Shown: positions 8,487 through 16,255 of the stretch, one piece after another
Position numbering within the stretch: the stretch's first letter is position 1
Layout of the letters: every line of letters begins with the position of its first letter
Source: Fusobacteriota bacterium
GTDB taxonomy: Bacteria > Fusobacteriota > Fusobacteriia > Fusobacteriales > JBNJFI01
Direction: 5' to 3'
DNA length: 16,255 bases
Assembly (NCBI GenBank): GCA_051746725.1
Contig: JBNJFI010000031.1
Span: forward strand, 1 to 16,255
Notes under the pieces: generated by a model
What the model was told of the DNA's origin: nothing
Database searches by the model: none
The model's input: only the letters and a program-made list of their open reading frames with translations
Program-made: the position numbers and the translations under genes

Positions 8487-9338
8487 TTAAATTTCTAAAT
8501 CAATAATGCTATTTGGATCAATAAACACTCTGCCAATAGAAATTGACCAATGTAAATGCGGTCCTGTAGAAAAGCCAGTAGATCCAACATATCCAATTAT
8601 ATCCCCTTTTTTGACAAAATCTCCCTCTTCAACTAATAATTCACTTAGGTGTAGATAAGATGAGTATATATCCCATCCATGGTCTATAATTACTGTATTT
8701 CCAGTTCTAAGAAGATCGGCTGATAAAGATATTTCGCCGGTATTAGTTGCTTTTATTGGGGTTCCCTTAGGGGCTGCTATGTCGATCCCATTATGTCGGT
8801 TTGCTAATTTATTATTATGATATCTAGTGGCTCCAAATTTTGTAGTGATAATTCCTTCCAAAGGCCATATAAAATTTTCTTTCCATAATCTTTTATTAGA
8901 ACTTTTTTGCCTTGCACTATACACTAGTTTTTTATCATTACTTTTTCTTTTTTGATTCTCTTTATTAACCGGTCTTACTTTTTCTTCATTTTCTTTACTA
9001 ACTTTTAAATAACTTTTATCAAAATTTCCGCTTTCAACCTGTAATTTTTCAGAAAAAATCACTTTATCTTTATTTATTAAATTTATATTATATTCTCCTA
9101 TATTTGTCCAATAAGATATTGGAATTAATAATATATTTTTATCTTCTTCATTTTGAAATTTATATTTATTTCCTAAAAACTCAACTTGCATATTTTCAAT
9201 CTCATTATTACCAAGTATCTTAACTATTTCTCCTTGAAAGTATCTTTCTTTATTTATCTGTATAGAATTCCCATTAAATGCAAATATATTTGTACTTATT
9301 AAAATTAAAAATATTAAAATATATTTTCTGATTTTCAT
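8487..9338 (-). CDS. M23 family metallopeptidase (peptidoglycan endopeptidase-like), secreted
   Basis: Signal peptide MKIRKYILIFLILISTNIFA. Zn motifs HNGID (HxxxD) and STGPHLH (HxH), plus YLHLS and VKKGDIIGYVG. Confidence 0.93.
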   Translation of the reverse strand: MKIRKYILIFLILISTNIFAFNGNSIQINKERYFQGEIVKILGNNEIENMQVEFLGNKYKFQNEEDKNILLIPISYWTNIGEYNINLINKDKVIFSEKLQVESGNFDKSYLKVSKENEEKVRPVNKENQKRKSNDKKLVYSARQKSSNKRLWKENFIWPLEGIITTKFGATRYHNNKLANRHNGIDIAAPKGTPIKATNTGEISLSADLLRTGNTVIIDHGWDIYSSYLHLSELLVEEGDFVKKGDIIGYVGSTGFSTGPHLHWSISIGRVFIDPNSIIDLEI

Positions 9339-9373
9339 TTCTATCCCACTCCTTATTATATATTCTTTTATAA

Positions 9374-9402
9374 ATTCTAGCTTATTTTTATTATAATGTC
9401 AA
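9374..9402 (-). promoter_or_regulatory. Sigma70/SigA promoter for the M23 peptidase, probably extending into the first kinase
   Basis: Minus strand TTGACA (9402-9397) - 17 nt - TAGAAT (9379-9374). RBS AAGGAG at 9349-9354. Confidence 0.8.
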
Positions 9403-9471
9403 CTTTAATACATAATATAAATTACAAGTTTAATACTCAAAAATATTTAAAATTCTTTTTTTCAAATAAAC

Positions 9472-9504
9472 AAAAAATAAACCTGAACTTAGAGTCCAGG
9501 TTTA
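9472..9504 (-). terminator. Rho-independent terminator downstream of tRNA-fMet and the candidate sRNA
   Basis: Minus strand TAAACCTGGACT-CTA-AGTTCAGGTTTA, fully paired with one G-U on this strand, followed by TTTTTT. Confidence 0.8.
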
Positions 9505-9565
9505 AAATACTTAATGGCATAATATTAAGGGGAAATAGAAAATAAACTCCCTATATTATGCTTTA
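9472..9565 (-). ncRNA. Candidate small RNA of about 90 nt (stem-loop plus terminator)
   Basis: Perfect 9-bp inverted repeat GCATAATAT (9517-9525) / ATATTATGC (9553-9561), extended imperfectly by GGGAG/TCCCC. A short linker then leads to the terminator. Possible promoter TTGGTA-N18-TAAAAT at 9601-9572. Confidence 0.45.
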
Positions 9566-9635
9566 TATTTAATTTTATGGAATTTAAAATTATAGTACCA
9601 ATTGATTTGAAACAAATTTTATCTTCTAGATAATT

Positions 9636-9712
<77 letters not shown>

Positions 9713-9731
9713 ACATCTCCGTAACAAATAT

Positions 9732-9760
9732 AGTATACTATTATATTGCACTTATGTCAA
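9732..9760 (-). promoter_or_regulatory. Sigma70/SigA promoter of tRNA-fMet
   Basis: Minus strand TTGACA (9760-9755) - 17 nt - TATACT (9737-9732), about 20 nt upstream of the mature tRNA 5' end. Confidence 0.85.
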
Positions 9761-9836
9761 TGTTTTTCTCGATTAGACTGTTTTATTCAAAAAAGGTTAG
9801 TAGAATAAGTTACAAAGCCAAGCAATTAATTTTAAC

Positions 9837-10751
9837 TTATATATCTTTTAACCATTCAAATATATCTTCATAAACTTCCAATCGGTTTATTTCATTTAAC
9901 ATCTCATGCCGACCATCTTCATACAGTTTCATTTTAATATTTTTAATTCCCTTTTTTTGATAATTTCTCAACAGTTTTCTAATTCCACATCCATAACTTG
10001 TAACAGGATCTTTTTTTCCTCCTATTATAAAAATCGGTAATTCTTTAGCAATTTCATCCATACGAGAAATTTTCTTTAATCTTAACAACCCTTTAAAAAA
10101 TTCATAATAAAATTCAATTGGAAAGATAGATCCACAACATTCATCGTCTATATATTCTTGCACCTTTTTTGAATCTCGAGATAACCAATCAAATTTAGTA
10201 TTTGGATTTTCTATTTTGGCATTATTATTCCCAAAGGTTAATTTATCTAGAAATTTTGCTTGTTTATATCTATCTTTGAATACTATTTGAATTTTTGCAA
10301 TAATCAATCCAAAAATCAGATCAATACCAAATTTTCCAGTTGTTCCTGATAATATTACACCATCTATAGTATTACTATAATTAATTATATATTCCTGAGC
10401 TATAAAAGATCCCATACTGTGTCCTAAAATTATAATTGGAATATCTGGATTTTCATCTCTTATAATAGTATTTAGTATTCTCTCATCTTGAACCATCTTA
10501 TTGAATCCATCTTTACCTATCCTACCTAATTTAGATATATTATTTACGCTCTTCCCGTGCCCTCTATGATCATTGGCATAAACAATATATCCTTTTTTAT
10601 TTAAAAATTCAGCAAATTCTTTATATCTGCCTCCATGTTCAGCCATACCATGAAATATTTGTATAATTCCAATGGGATTTTTATTTGGTTCCCACTTATT
10701 TATATGAAGCTTCTTTCCATCAACTCCTATGTATTTAATTTTTTTTCCCAC
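9837..10751 (-). CDS. Alpha/beta hydrolase, lysophospholipase/monoacylglycerol lipase family
   Basis: Motifs HGMAEH, DHRGHGKS, nucleophile elbow GHSMG, GKKDPV (Asp) and GRHEMLNE (His). GTG start with AAGGGGGG RBS. Confidence 0.93.
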   Translation of the reverse strand: MGKKIKYIGVDGKKLHINKWEPNKNPIGIIQIFHGMAEHGGRYKEFAEFLNKKGYIVYANDHRGHGKSVNNISKLGRIGKDGFNKMVQDERILNTIIRDENPDIPIIILGHSMGSFIAQEYIINYSNTIDGVILSGTTGKFGIDLIFGLIIAKIQIVFKDRYKQAKFLDKLTFGNNNAKIENPNTKFDWLSRDSKKVQEYIDDECCGSIFPIEFYYEFFKGLLRLKKISRMDEIAKELPIFIIGGKKDPVTSYGCGIRKLLRNYQKKGIKNIKMKLYEDGRHEMLNEINRLEVYEDIFEWLKDI

Positions 10752-10932
10752 TATAACCCCCCTTATAAATTAATCAAATATTACATCATCTATATAAATA
10801 TAAAGAAATCTAAAATCGCTCTCCTTTTTGATTATATAAGAAAGTACATTGTAAAACCGAAAAAAGTTTTCTATCTTTTATTAACTTTTGTACAGTATCT
10901 TTATAAAAATAATTTAGTTATTTATTACATTT

Positions 10933-12726
10933 TTATAATCCCCAAAATAGCTTGATCAACAGAGGAACAATACCTAAGAGCATTAACTGCAAAGGTAAAC
11001 CTGTCCAAAAAAAATCTTGAAATTTATAACCTCCAGGACCGTAAACCATCATATTTGTCTGATAACTCATGGGAGTCAAAAAAGCTGAACTGGCAGCGAA
11101 AGTAACTGCAATAGCAAATGCAATTGGATTTAATCCTAGCTGTCCAGCAGCATCTAAAGCTATTGGCAACATTAATATTACACTGGCATTATTACCAATT
11201 AAGTTTGCGAAAATCATTGTAAATAAATAAAAAATCATTAGAAATAGCACAGGAGACAAAATACCTTCCAATTGCAGTATCTGACTTGCCATAAATCTAG
11301 CTGTTCCAGTATTATCCATAGCAATCCCCAGTGGAATTAAACCGGCCAAAAGAAAAATTACATTCCAGTTTATTGCTTCTGATAGTTCCACCGGTTTTAA
11401 ACTTTTTGTAATTACCATTGCAATGACTCCTCCTAGAGAAGAAATTGCAATTGGTACAATTTTTAAAGCAGCTAATAAAATAACTCCTGCTAAAATAGCT
11501 AAAGATGTAATCACTTTGGAAGGTCTATATTCCTTGCCCCCAATCTCACTAGAAATAATAAAGCTACTATCTTTTCTCAACCTCTCAATGGTCTTTTCTC
11601 CTGCAGTCAGCAGCAGTACGTCCCCTACCTTTAAAGGAATATTTATCATTCTTTTATGATTTAATTTTTCTCCCTGGCGGATAGCCAGTATGTCACAATC
11701 ATAATTTTCTAAAAATTTAGATTCTTCCAAAGTCTGACCTTCCAGAATACAACCATATGGAAGTACAATTTCTACCATATTTTGACTTCCCTTTTCTATA
11801 TTTAAATTTTTTCGGGTAGGAGTTTTTGAAATTATTTTCATTTTATGAGCTTTAATTAATTGAACTAGATTTTCAGGATCTGTTCTCACAATTAGGTGAT
11901 CTCCTGCTTGAATAATTTTATTAATAAGAGGCTTTAAAAACTTTTTTCCAGATCTATGTAATTGAATTATATTCAATTCAAAATCTATTAGATTTTCAGC
12001 TTCTTCCATAGTCTTACCTATCAATGGAGAATCTTCTCTAATTGCAGTTTCAGTTAGATATTTCCCTACATCAAACTTTTCTGTGACCTCTACTTCTGGT
12101 TTTATTCTTTCTGGAAGTATTTTTCTACCTAAAACCAACATATAAATAGCTCCGATAAATAGAACTAATAATCCTAAATGAGTAAACTCAAACATGGAGA
12201 AACCTTCTCCTGTTCTCCGAGCTAATATATCACTGGCTAAAATATTAGTAGAAGTTCCAATTAAAGTAGTTAAACCTCCCATCATTGCAGCATAAGAAAG
12301 AGGAATTAAAAATTTAGAAGGTGAACTATTCTTACGCTTGGAAATACCTATTACCAATGGAATAAATAATGCCACTACAGGTGTATTGTTGATAAAACCT
12401 GCAATTATTCCGGCAAACAAAATAATAAAAAAAAGAAGTTTGAAATCACTATCTCCAGTCCATTTATCTATTTTATCTCCTAGAGCCTGTATTATACCAC
12501 TTTTTTCTACACCTGCACTGATAATAAACATAGAACCAATTGTTACTGTTGCTGAACTTGAAAATCCTGATATTGCCTCTATAGGAGTAACTCCTGTCCA
12601 ATAATTAGTAAATACTAAAATTACAGGAACAGAAAGAGCAATTATATCAATACGAATGGGTTCTATGATAAACATTACTATTAAAAATATTAAGAGAAAT
12701 ATCATAAAAATAATTCCTGAGTCCAT
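10933..12726 (-). CDS. SLC13/DASS-like permease with two internal TrkA-C (RCK_C) domains
   Basis: Many TM helices. Motifs FINNTPVVA, GGLTTLIGTSTN, IGNNASV and TPMSYQTNMMVYGPGGYKFQDF. The central soluble region has DSPLIGKT and LEGQTL...ILAIRQG...LKVGDVLL repeats. RBS GAGGAGG. Confidence 0.92.
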   Translation of the reverse strand: MDSGIIFMIFLLIFLIVMFIIEPIRIDIIALSVPVILVFTNYWTGVTPIEAISGFSSSATVTIGSMFIISAGVEKSGIIQALGDKIDKWTGDSDFKLLFFIILFAGIIAGFINNTPVVALFIPLVIGISKRKNSSPSKFLIPLSYAAMMGGLTTLIGTSTNILASDILARRTGEGFSMFEFTHLGLLVLFIGAIYMLVLGRKILPERIKPEVEVTEKFDVGKYLTETAIREDSPLIGKTMEEAENLIDFELNIIQLHRSGKKFLKPLINKIIQAGDHLIVRTDPENLVQLIKAHKMKIISKTPTRKNLNIEKGSQNMVEIVLPYGCILEGQTLEESKFLENYDCDILAIRQGEKLNHKRMINIPLKVGDVLLLTAGEKTIERLRKDSSFIISSEIGGKEYRPSKVITSLAILAGVILLAALKIVPIAISSLGGVIAMVITKSLKPVELSEAINWNVIFLLAGLIPLGIAMDNTGTARFMASQILQLEGILSPVLFLMIFYLFTMIFANLIGNNASVILMLPIALDAAGQLGLNPIAFAIAVTFAASSAFLTPMSYQTNMMVYGPGGYKFQDFFWTGLPLQLMLLGIVPLLIKLFWGL

Positions 12727-12772
12727 GTATTATCCTCCTCTTTTTAAATATTATTATATAATCAAAAAATTT

Positions 12773-13669
12773 TTATAACTTTGGATATATCTCAGACCAA
12801 ATATGTTTTCTAACAGGTTTATCTTTAATATTATATGAATTTATAGCTACAACTGCATTTTTATCTGGTATTACTATGGAATACTGTCCATATTTCCCAT
12901 CTGCTCTATAAGAGTTATGCTTTCCTCTCCAAAAAAGGTACCCATATCCAGCCTTATCTGGATCTTTTCTACCTGTCTTTATTTGCTCTTTCGTTGCTTC
13001 CTTTACCCAACTTTTAGGAATTAACTGTTTTCCTTCCCAAATTCCTTCTTGCAAGTATAACTGACCAAATTTTGCGATTTCAGATACAGTCAAATATAAT
13101 CCACTGGATCCAAAGGTTTTTCCCTGGGGATCTAGCTCCCAAGTAGGCAGGTAAATTCCAAGAGGGGTAAACAATCTTGGCATAAGATAATCCACTAAGT
13201 TCATACCAACCCTTTTTTGAATAATAACTCCAGCTAAATATGGACCAGCATTAGAGTATCTAAACTTACTGCCTGGCTTTTTTGAAAATGGCCGATTTAA
13301 ACAGTATTTTACCCAGTTTTTATTACCTAGAGATGCTCTTTCACTCCCCATCATATGTGGTCTATCTTGACCTAAACCCATTGTCAAAAGATCCCTTACT
13401 TTCAACTTTAATAAGTTTTCAGAGGGATTTTCTGGAATTTCATCTGGAAAACAATCAACAACTAACTCTTCTAAATTTAAAATCCCCTCTTCAACTGCCA
13501 AACCAACTGCCGTAGAGGTAAAACTTTTACTTATAGAGTATTGGTTTTGTCTAGCTTCCGGCCTCCATTGATGTTGTGCAACCTTTTCACCGTCTTTTAA
13601 TATAACTATTCCATTAAGTTGTATATCTTTAGTTTTTTCAATAAATGATTCTAATATTTTATTATCCAT
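12773..13669 (-). CDS. Serine hydrolase, beta-lactamase/PBP-like family, cytoplasmic
   Basis: SxxK (SISK), LLTM, PGSKFRYSN (YxN), IAKFGQLYLQEG, YGYLFW and ADGKYGQ. No signal peptide. RBS GAGGAGG. Confidence 0.92.
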   Translation of the reverse strand: MDNKILESFIEKTKDIQLNGIVILKDGEKVAQHQWRPEARQNQYSISKSFTSTAVGLAVEEGILNLEELVVDCFPDEIPENPSENLLKLKVRDLLTMGLGQDRPHMMGSERASLGNKNWVKYCLNRPFSKKPGSKFRYSNAGPYLAGVIIQKRVGMNLVDYLMPRLFTPLGIYLPTWELDPQGKTFGSSGLYLTVSEIAKFGQLYLQEGIWEGKQLIPKSWVKEATKEQIKTGRKDPDKAGYGYLFWRGKHNSYRADGKYGQYSIVIPDKNAVVAINSYNIKDKPVRKHIWSEIYPKL

Positions 13670-13688
13670 AATTCCTCCTCAGATAATT

Positions 13689-14366
13689 TTAAAAGCCCCT
13701 TTTTTGACCTTCCCACGGTGGTTTTTTTCCATTTTTATATTCCTGTATTCCTGGTCCTCCTAATTTTTTTAATCTCCATATACCATATATATAAGTAATG
13801 ATTAAAATTATTATTATAGAAGGAAATCCTAAAAGAGTTTTTGCCCAAAAAAGTTTTACCGTATCGCCACTCATAAATAACATAATCTGAATAATCATCC
13901 TAATAGTAACTACAAGTCCCCAAAACCAAGTAACTTCTTTGTAAGCAGGTTTTACATCCTTTCGCCAAAACCATTCTATATCCCAACCTCTTGTTATATG
14001 ACTAACCCAAGCAGCAAATGGTTTTTTCATTAATAAACTTATTATAATTAAAATCAATAAAAGTCCACTTGTAAAGATATCAGGTAAAAAATAATTTGTA
14101 GCATTATTTCCCAAAAAGGCCAATCCAGATGCTATTATTACTCCGATTAATCCTCCAAATGCATACTTCCAGTTATCACCTGATAAAAATCTGAAAGTAC
14201 CTATCAAAAAAGCTATTGATATTGCTGATATAACTGAAATTTTTAATCCGTACATATTATTTACCAACATAAATACTGAAGGTGGTATTATGGCATCTAT
14301 AGTTTTCCCTGATATGACTGATTTTAACTCTTCTAAAATTTCTCTACTTAATTTAATTATAATCAC
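13689..14366 (-). CDS. DUF3159-like integral membrane protein
   Basis: About six hydrophobic segments. The DAIIPP, YFLP, PFAAW and AYKEVTWFW pattern matches my recollection of DUF3159. The start codon is uncertain. Confidence 0.75.
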   Translation of the reverse strand: MIIIKLSREILEELKSVISGKTIDAIIPPSVFMLVNNMYGLKISVISAISIAFLIGTFRFLSGDNWKYAFGGLIGVIIASGLAFLGNNATNYFLPDIFTSGLLLILIIISLLMKKPFAAWVSHITRGWDIEWFWRKDVKPAYKEVTWFWGLVVTIRMIIQIMLFMSGDTVKLFWAKTLLGFPSIIIILIITYIYGIWRLKKLGGPGIQEYKNGKKPPWEGQKRGF

Positions 14367-14369
14367 CCC

Positions 14370-14714
14370 CTATCCATTTATAATTTCATCCTTTTTTGAA
14401 CCAAAAAAGAATTCAGCCCAATCACCTTTGCATATATACAAATTAATAAGTACGTATAAACTACCGATAAAAAATCCCAAGACCATTAATAATATTATCC
14501 ATATACTGCGTTTCAAAAAAGAGTCTTCTCTAAAATATATCCATATTGCAAATAAAGTGAATCCAACATATAAATCAATAAGAGACATAACTCCCCAGGG
14601 GTTAGATAAAAGCTTGGAACCATCTTCAAAAAAGTTTCCATTTACAAATCCGTTAATTAATCCAATTGTCATTGCTATTAAACATATCCAAGTTATTATT
14701 TTTGATATCTTCAT
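14370..14714 (-). CDS. DUF1475-like small membrane protein
   Basis: NPWGVMSLIDLYVGFTLFAIWIYFRE motif, 3-4 TM segments, RBS AAGGAGGT. Confidence 0.8.
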   Translation of the reverse strand: MKISKIITWICLIAMTIGLINGFVNGNFFEDGSKLLSNPWGVMSLIDLYVGFTLFAIWIYFREDSFLKRSIWIILLMVLGFFIGSLYVLINLYICKGDWAEFFFGSKKDEIING

Positions 14715-14772
14715 TTGACCTCCTTTTTCTTAATTATAGCTTGATTTTCTTAATTTATCAAGGTTAATTTAA

Positions 14773-15159
14773 CTAAACTGTTATCTCGATCCGGTTACCT
14801 TCAGGATCTAGCACTACACTCTCAAAATAACCATCACCTGTAGTTCTTGGTTCTCCAATAACATCATATCCATCTTTTTTCAATTTATTTGTTATTTTCA
14901 ATACATCTTTCTTGCTTCCGACAGATATTGAAAAATGAGCTAATCCTAAGAAATTTATATTTTTATCTAACTTTTTATTTATATCTTCTTTTTTCATTAT
15001 TTCTAATCGACAACCATTTTCAAAACTCAAAAAATAAGATTGAAATCCTTTTTTGCTGTTTATATACTTGTCATTAGATTTTGCATTAAAATATTTAGCA
15101 TAAAATTCTTTTAAAATTTCAATATTTTTACTCCAAATTGCAATGTGGTTGATTTTCAT
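14773..15159 (-). CDS. VOC family protein (glyoxalase/bleomycin resistance-like)
   Basis: Paired metal ligands in MKINHIAIW, RLEIM, GLAHFSISVG and DPEGNRIEIT. Also contains GEPRTTGDGYFESVV. Confidence 0.93.
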   Translation of the reverse strand: MKINHIAIWSKNIEILKEFYAKYFNAKSNDKYINSKKGFQSYFLSFENGCRLEIMKKEDINKKLDKNINFLGLAHFSISVGSKKDVLKITNKLKKDGYDVIGEPRTTGDGYFESVVLDPEGNRIEITV

Positions 15160-15252
15160 AATTTAACTCCTGAATAAATTTATTTTGTTTTATGTCTCTA
15201 TCTTTATACTTTTAATATAACATATTTTTAAAATTAAATCTATGATTTTTAG

Positions 15253-15414
15253 CTAATTTCTTGGGTTATTTTGAGATATATCTATATTTCGAATTCTTCT
15301 TTTTTCATTATCGGTTATACTTTCTGGCTTTATTGTATTTGGTTTTACAGGTAATTTATCCTTACTATTATCTTCAACATTTTCTACATATAGACTCACC
15401 CAACTTAAATACAT
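15253..15414 (-). CDS. Small hypothetical protein (53 aa from the ATG at 15414, or 70 aa from 15465)
   Basis: Open frame co-oriented with its neighbours. A perfect RBS, AAGGAGGT (15426-15419), precedes the internal ATG. A weaker AAGGA precedes the ATG at 15465. Confidence 0.5.
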   Translation of the reverse strand: MYLSWVSLYVENVEDNSKDKLPVKPNTIKPESITDNEKRRIRNIDISQNNPRN

Positions 15415-15508
15415 AGGTACCTCCTTTTTTATTACCACAGCTATAAATTTATTAACTCTCTTCATTTATTATTCCTTTTTAACTTCCTTTTTAAATTATC
15501 CTAGTATT

Positions 15509-15988
15509 TTATTTAAAATTACTTAAATCCTTTTCATATAAAAATAGATAAAATTCTCTATTTTCATCTGGCTTTATTTCTCCAACTTTAACATATCCAT
15601 GTTTTTCATAGAAATAATGATTTTTGTAACTTTTGTAAGGAGTGTCTAAAGACCACATTTTAGCATCAGAATATGAATTTTCTATAAATTCTATTGATCT
15701 ATGTCCTATCCCTAAATTTTGATAATCAGGGTGAATAAATATTGCTCCTAATCTATAATGGTCTTTTTTCATATCGAATATTCGTATTCCACCAATAATT
15801 TTTCTATTATATATAATTTTATAATACATCTTACTTTTAGATTGATTCCTATGCCATTCAATAGAATCGATACCTGGAGGAAAAGATCCGTATCTATTTT
15901 TATCTTTTTCAAAAGATTTTACTGCTATATCTCTAAGTAATTTACTTTCATTCTCGTTTACTAAATTAAACTCTATCATAACTTTCAT
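15509..15988 (-). CDS. GNAT family N-acetyltransferase
   Basis: Acetyl-CoA motif A IFIHPDYQNLGIG and motif B NHYFYEKHGY. RBS AAGGAG. Confidence 0.93.
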   Translation of the reverse strand: MKVMIEFNLVNENESKLLRDIAVKSFEKDKNRYGSFPPGIDSIEWHRNQSKSKMYYKIIYNRKIIGGIRIFDMKKDHYRLGAIFIHPDYQNLGIGHRSIEFIENSYSDAKMWSLDTPYKSYKNHYFYEKHGYVKVGEIKPDENREFYLFLYEKDLSNFK

Positions 15989-16024
15989 CTCCTTTACTAT
16001 TTTTAGGATATGCTATAAATTATT

Positions 16025-16255
16025 TTATTTCTGAACCCCAAACTGTATTTCAACAACATTTTTTTTAGATCGAGGCTTATCCCAGTTATGATATACTTCA
16101 CGCATCTCATTTGATAGCCTCATATTTTCCTCATCCGCTTTTTTGAGAAGCTCCCCTATTCCATTTGTCAATATATTATTCATTGTCCCTTTGTATTTTC
16201 CACTAATACATTCAAAAGAGTGAATTTCTTTAATTTCAAATTCTCCAGAATATTC
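16025..16255 (-). CDS. C-terminal part of a GyrI-like small-molecule-binding domain protein (possibly an AraC/MerR effector domain); partial
   Basis: Not in the ORF track. Manual translation: EYSGEFEIKEIHSFECISGKYKGTMNNILTNGIGELLKKADEENMRLSNEMREVYHNWDKPRSKKNVVEIQFGVQK*. The 'YKG', 'REVYH' and 'VEIQF' pattern is typical of the GyrI-like fold. Confidence 0.75.
   Translation of the reverse strand, partial: EYSGEFEIKEIHSFECISGKYKGTMNNILTNGIGELLKKADEENMRLSNEMREVYHNWDKPRSKKNVVEIQFGVQK

Noticed and set aside
12773..13669. True beta-lactamase or antibiotic resistance gene
   Set aside because: There is no signal peptide and ADG replaces the KTG triad, which fits a cytoplasmic esterase/amidase of the same fold better.
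14724..14762. Short direct repeat TTTTCTTAATT x2 and hairpin CTTGAT/ATCAAG between the VOC and DUF1475-like genes
   Set aside because: Short and AT-rich. It cannot be distinguished from chance or called a terminator with confidence.
10635..15940. Plus-strand ORFs 10635-10955, 11423-11659, 12338-12604, 13282-13515, 14290-14718, 14889-15077 and 15758-15940
   Set aside because: All overlap well-supported minus-strand genes and show no family motifs.

Overview
Low-GC (roughly 25-28% by eye) bacterial chromosomal DNA, probably from an anaerobe of the Firmicutes/Fusobacteriota type (inference). Every supported gene is on the minus strand. In transcription order, from right to left: the C-terminus of a GyrI-like protein, a GNAT, a small ORF, a VOC/glyoxalase, a DUF1475-like and a DUF3159-like membrane protein, a beta-lactamase-family serine hydrolase, an SLC13/TrkA-C permease, an alpha/beta hydrolase, initiator tRNA-fMet, a candidate ~90-nt sRNA, an M23 peptidase, three paralogous hybrid histidine kinases, and the start of a response regulator. 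The most interesting part is the kinase array. The three kinases share one transmitter-receiver chassis but carry different sensors (3 PAS; a NarX-type P-box domain; 4 PAS), and each ends in an HPt-like tail with no conserved His. A 643-nt spacer inside the array holds an inverted GTAG-REP pair with a compensatory base change and many GGA motifs in hairpin loops, resembling CsrB/RsmZ. No integrase, transposase, CRISPR array or rRNA was seen.
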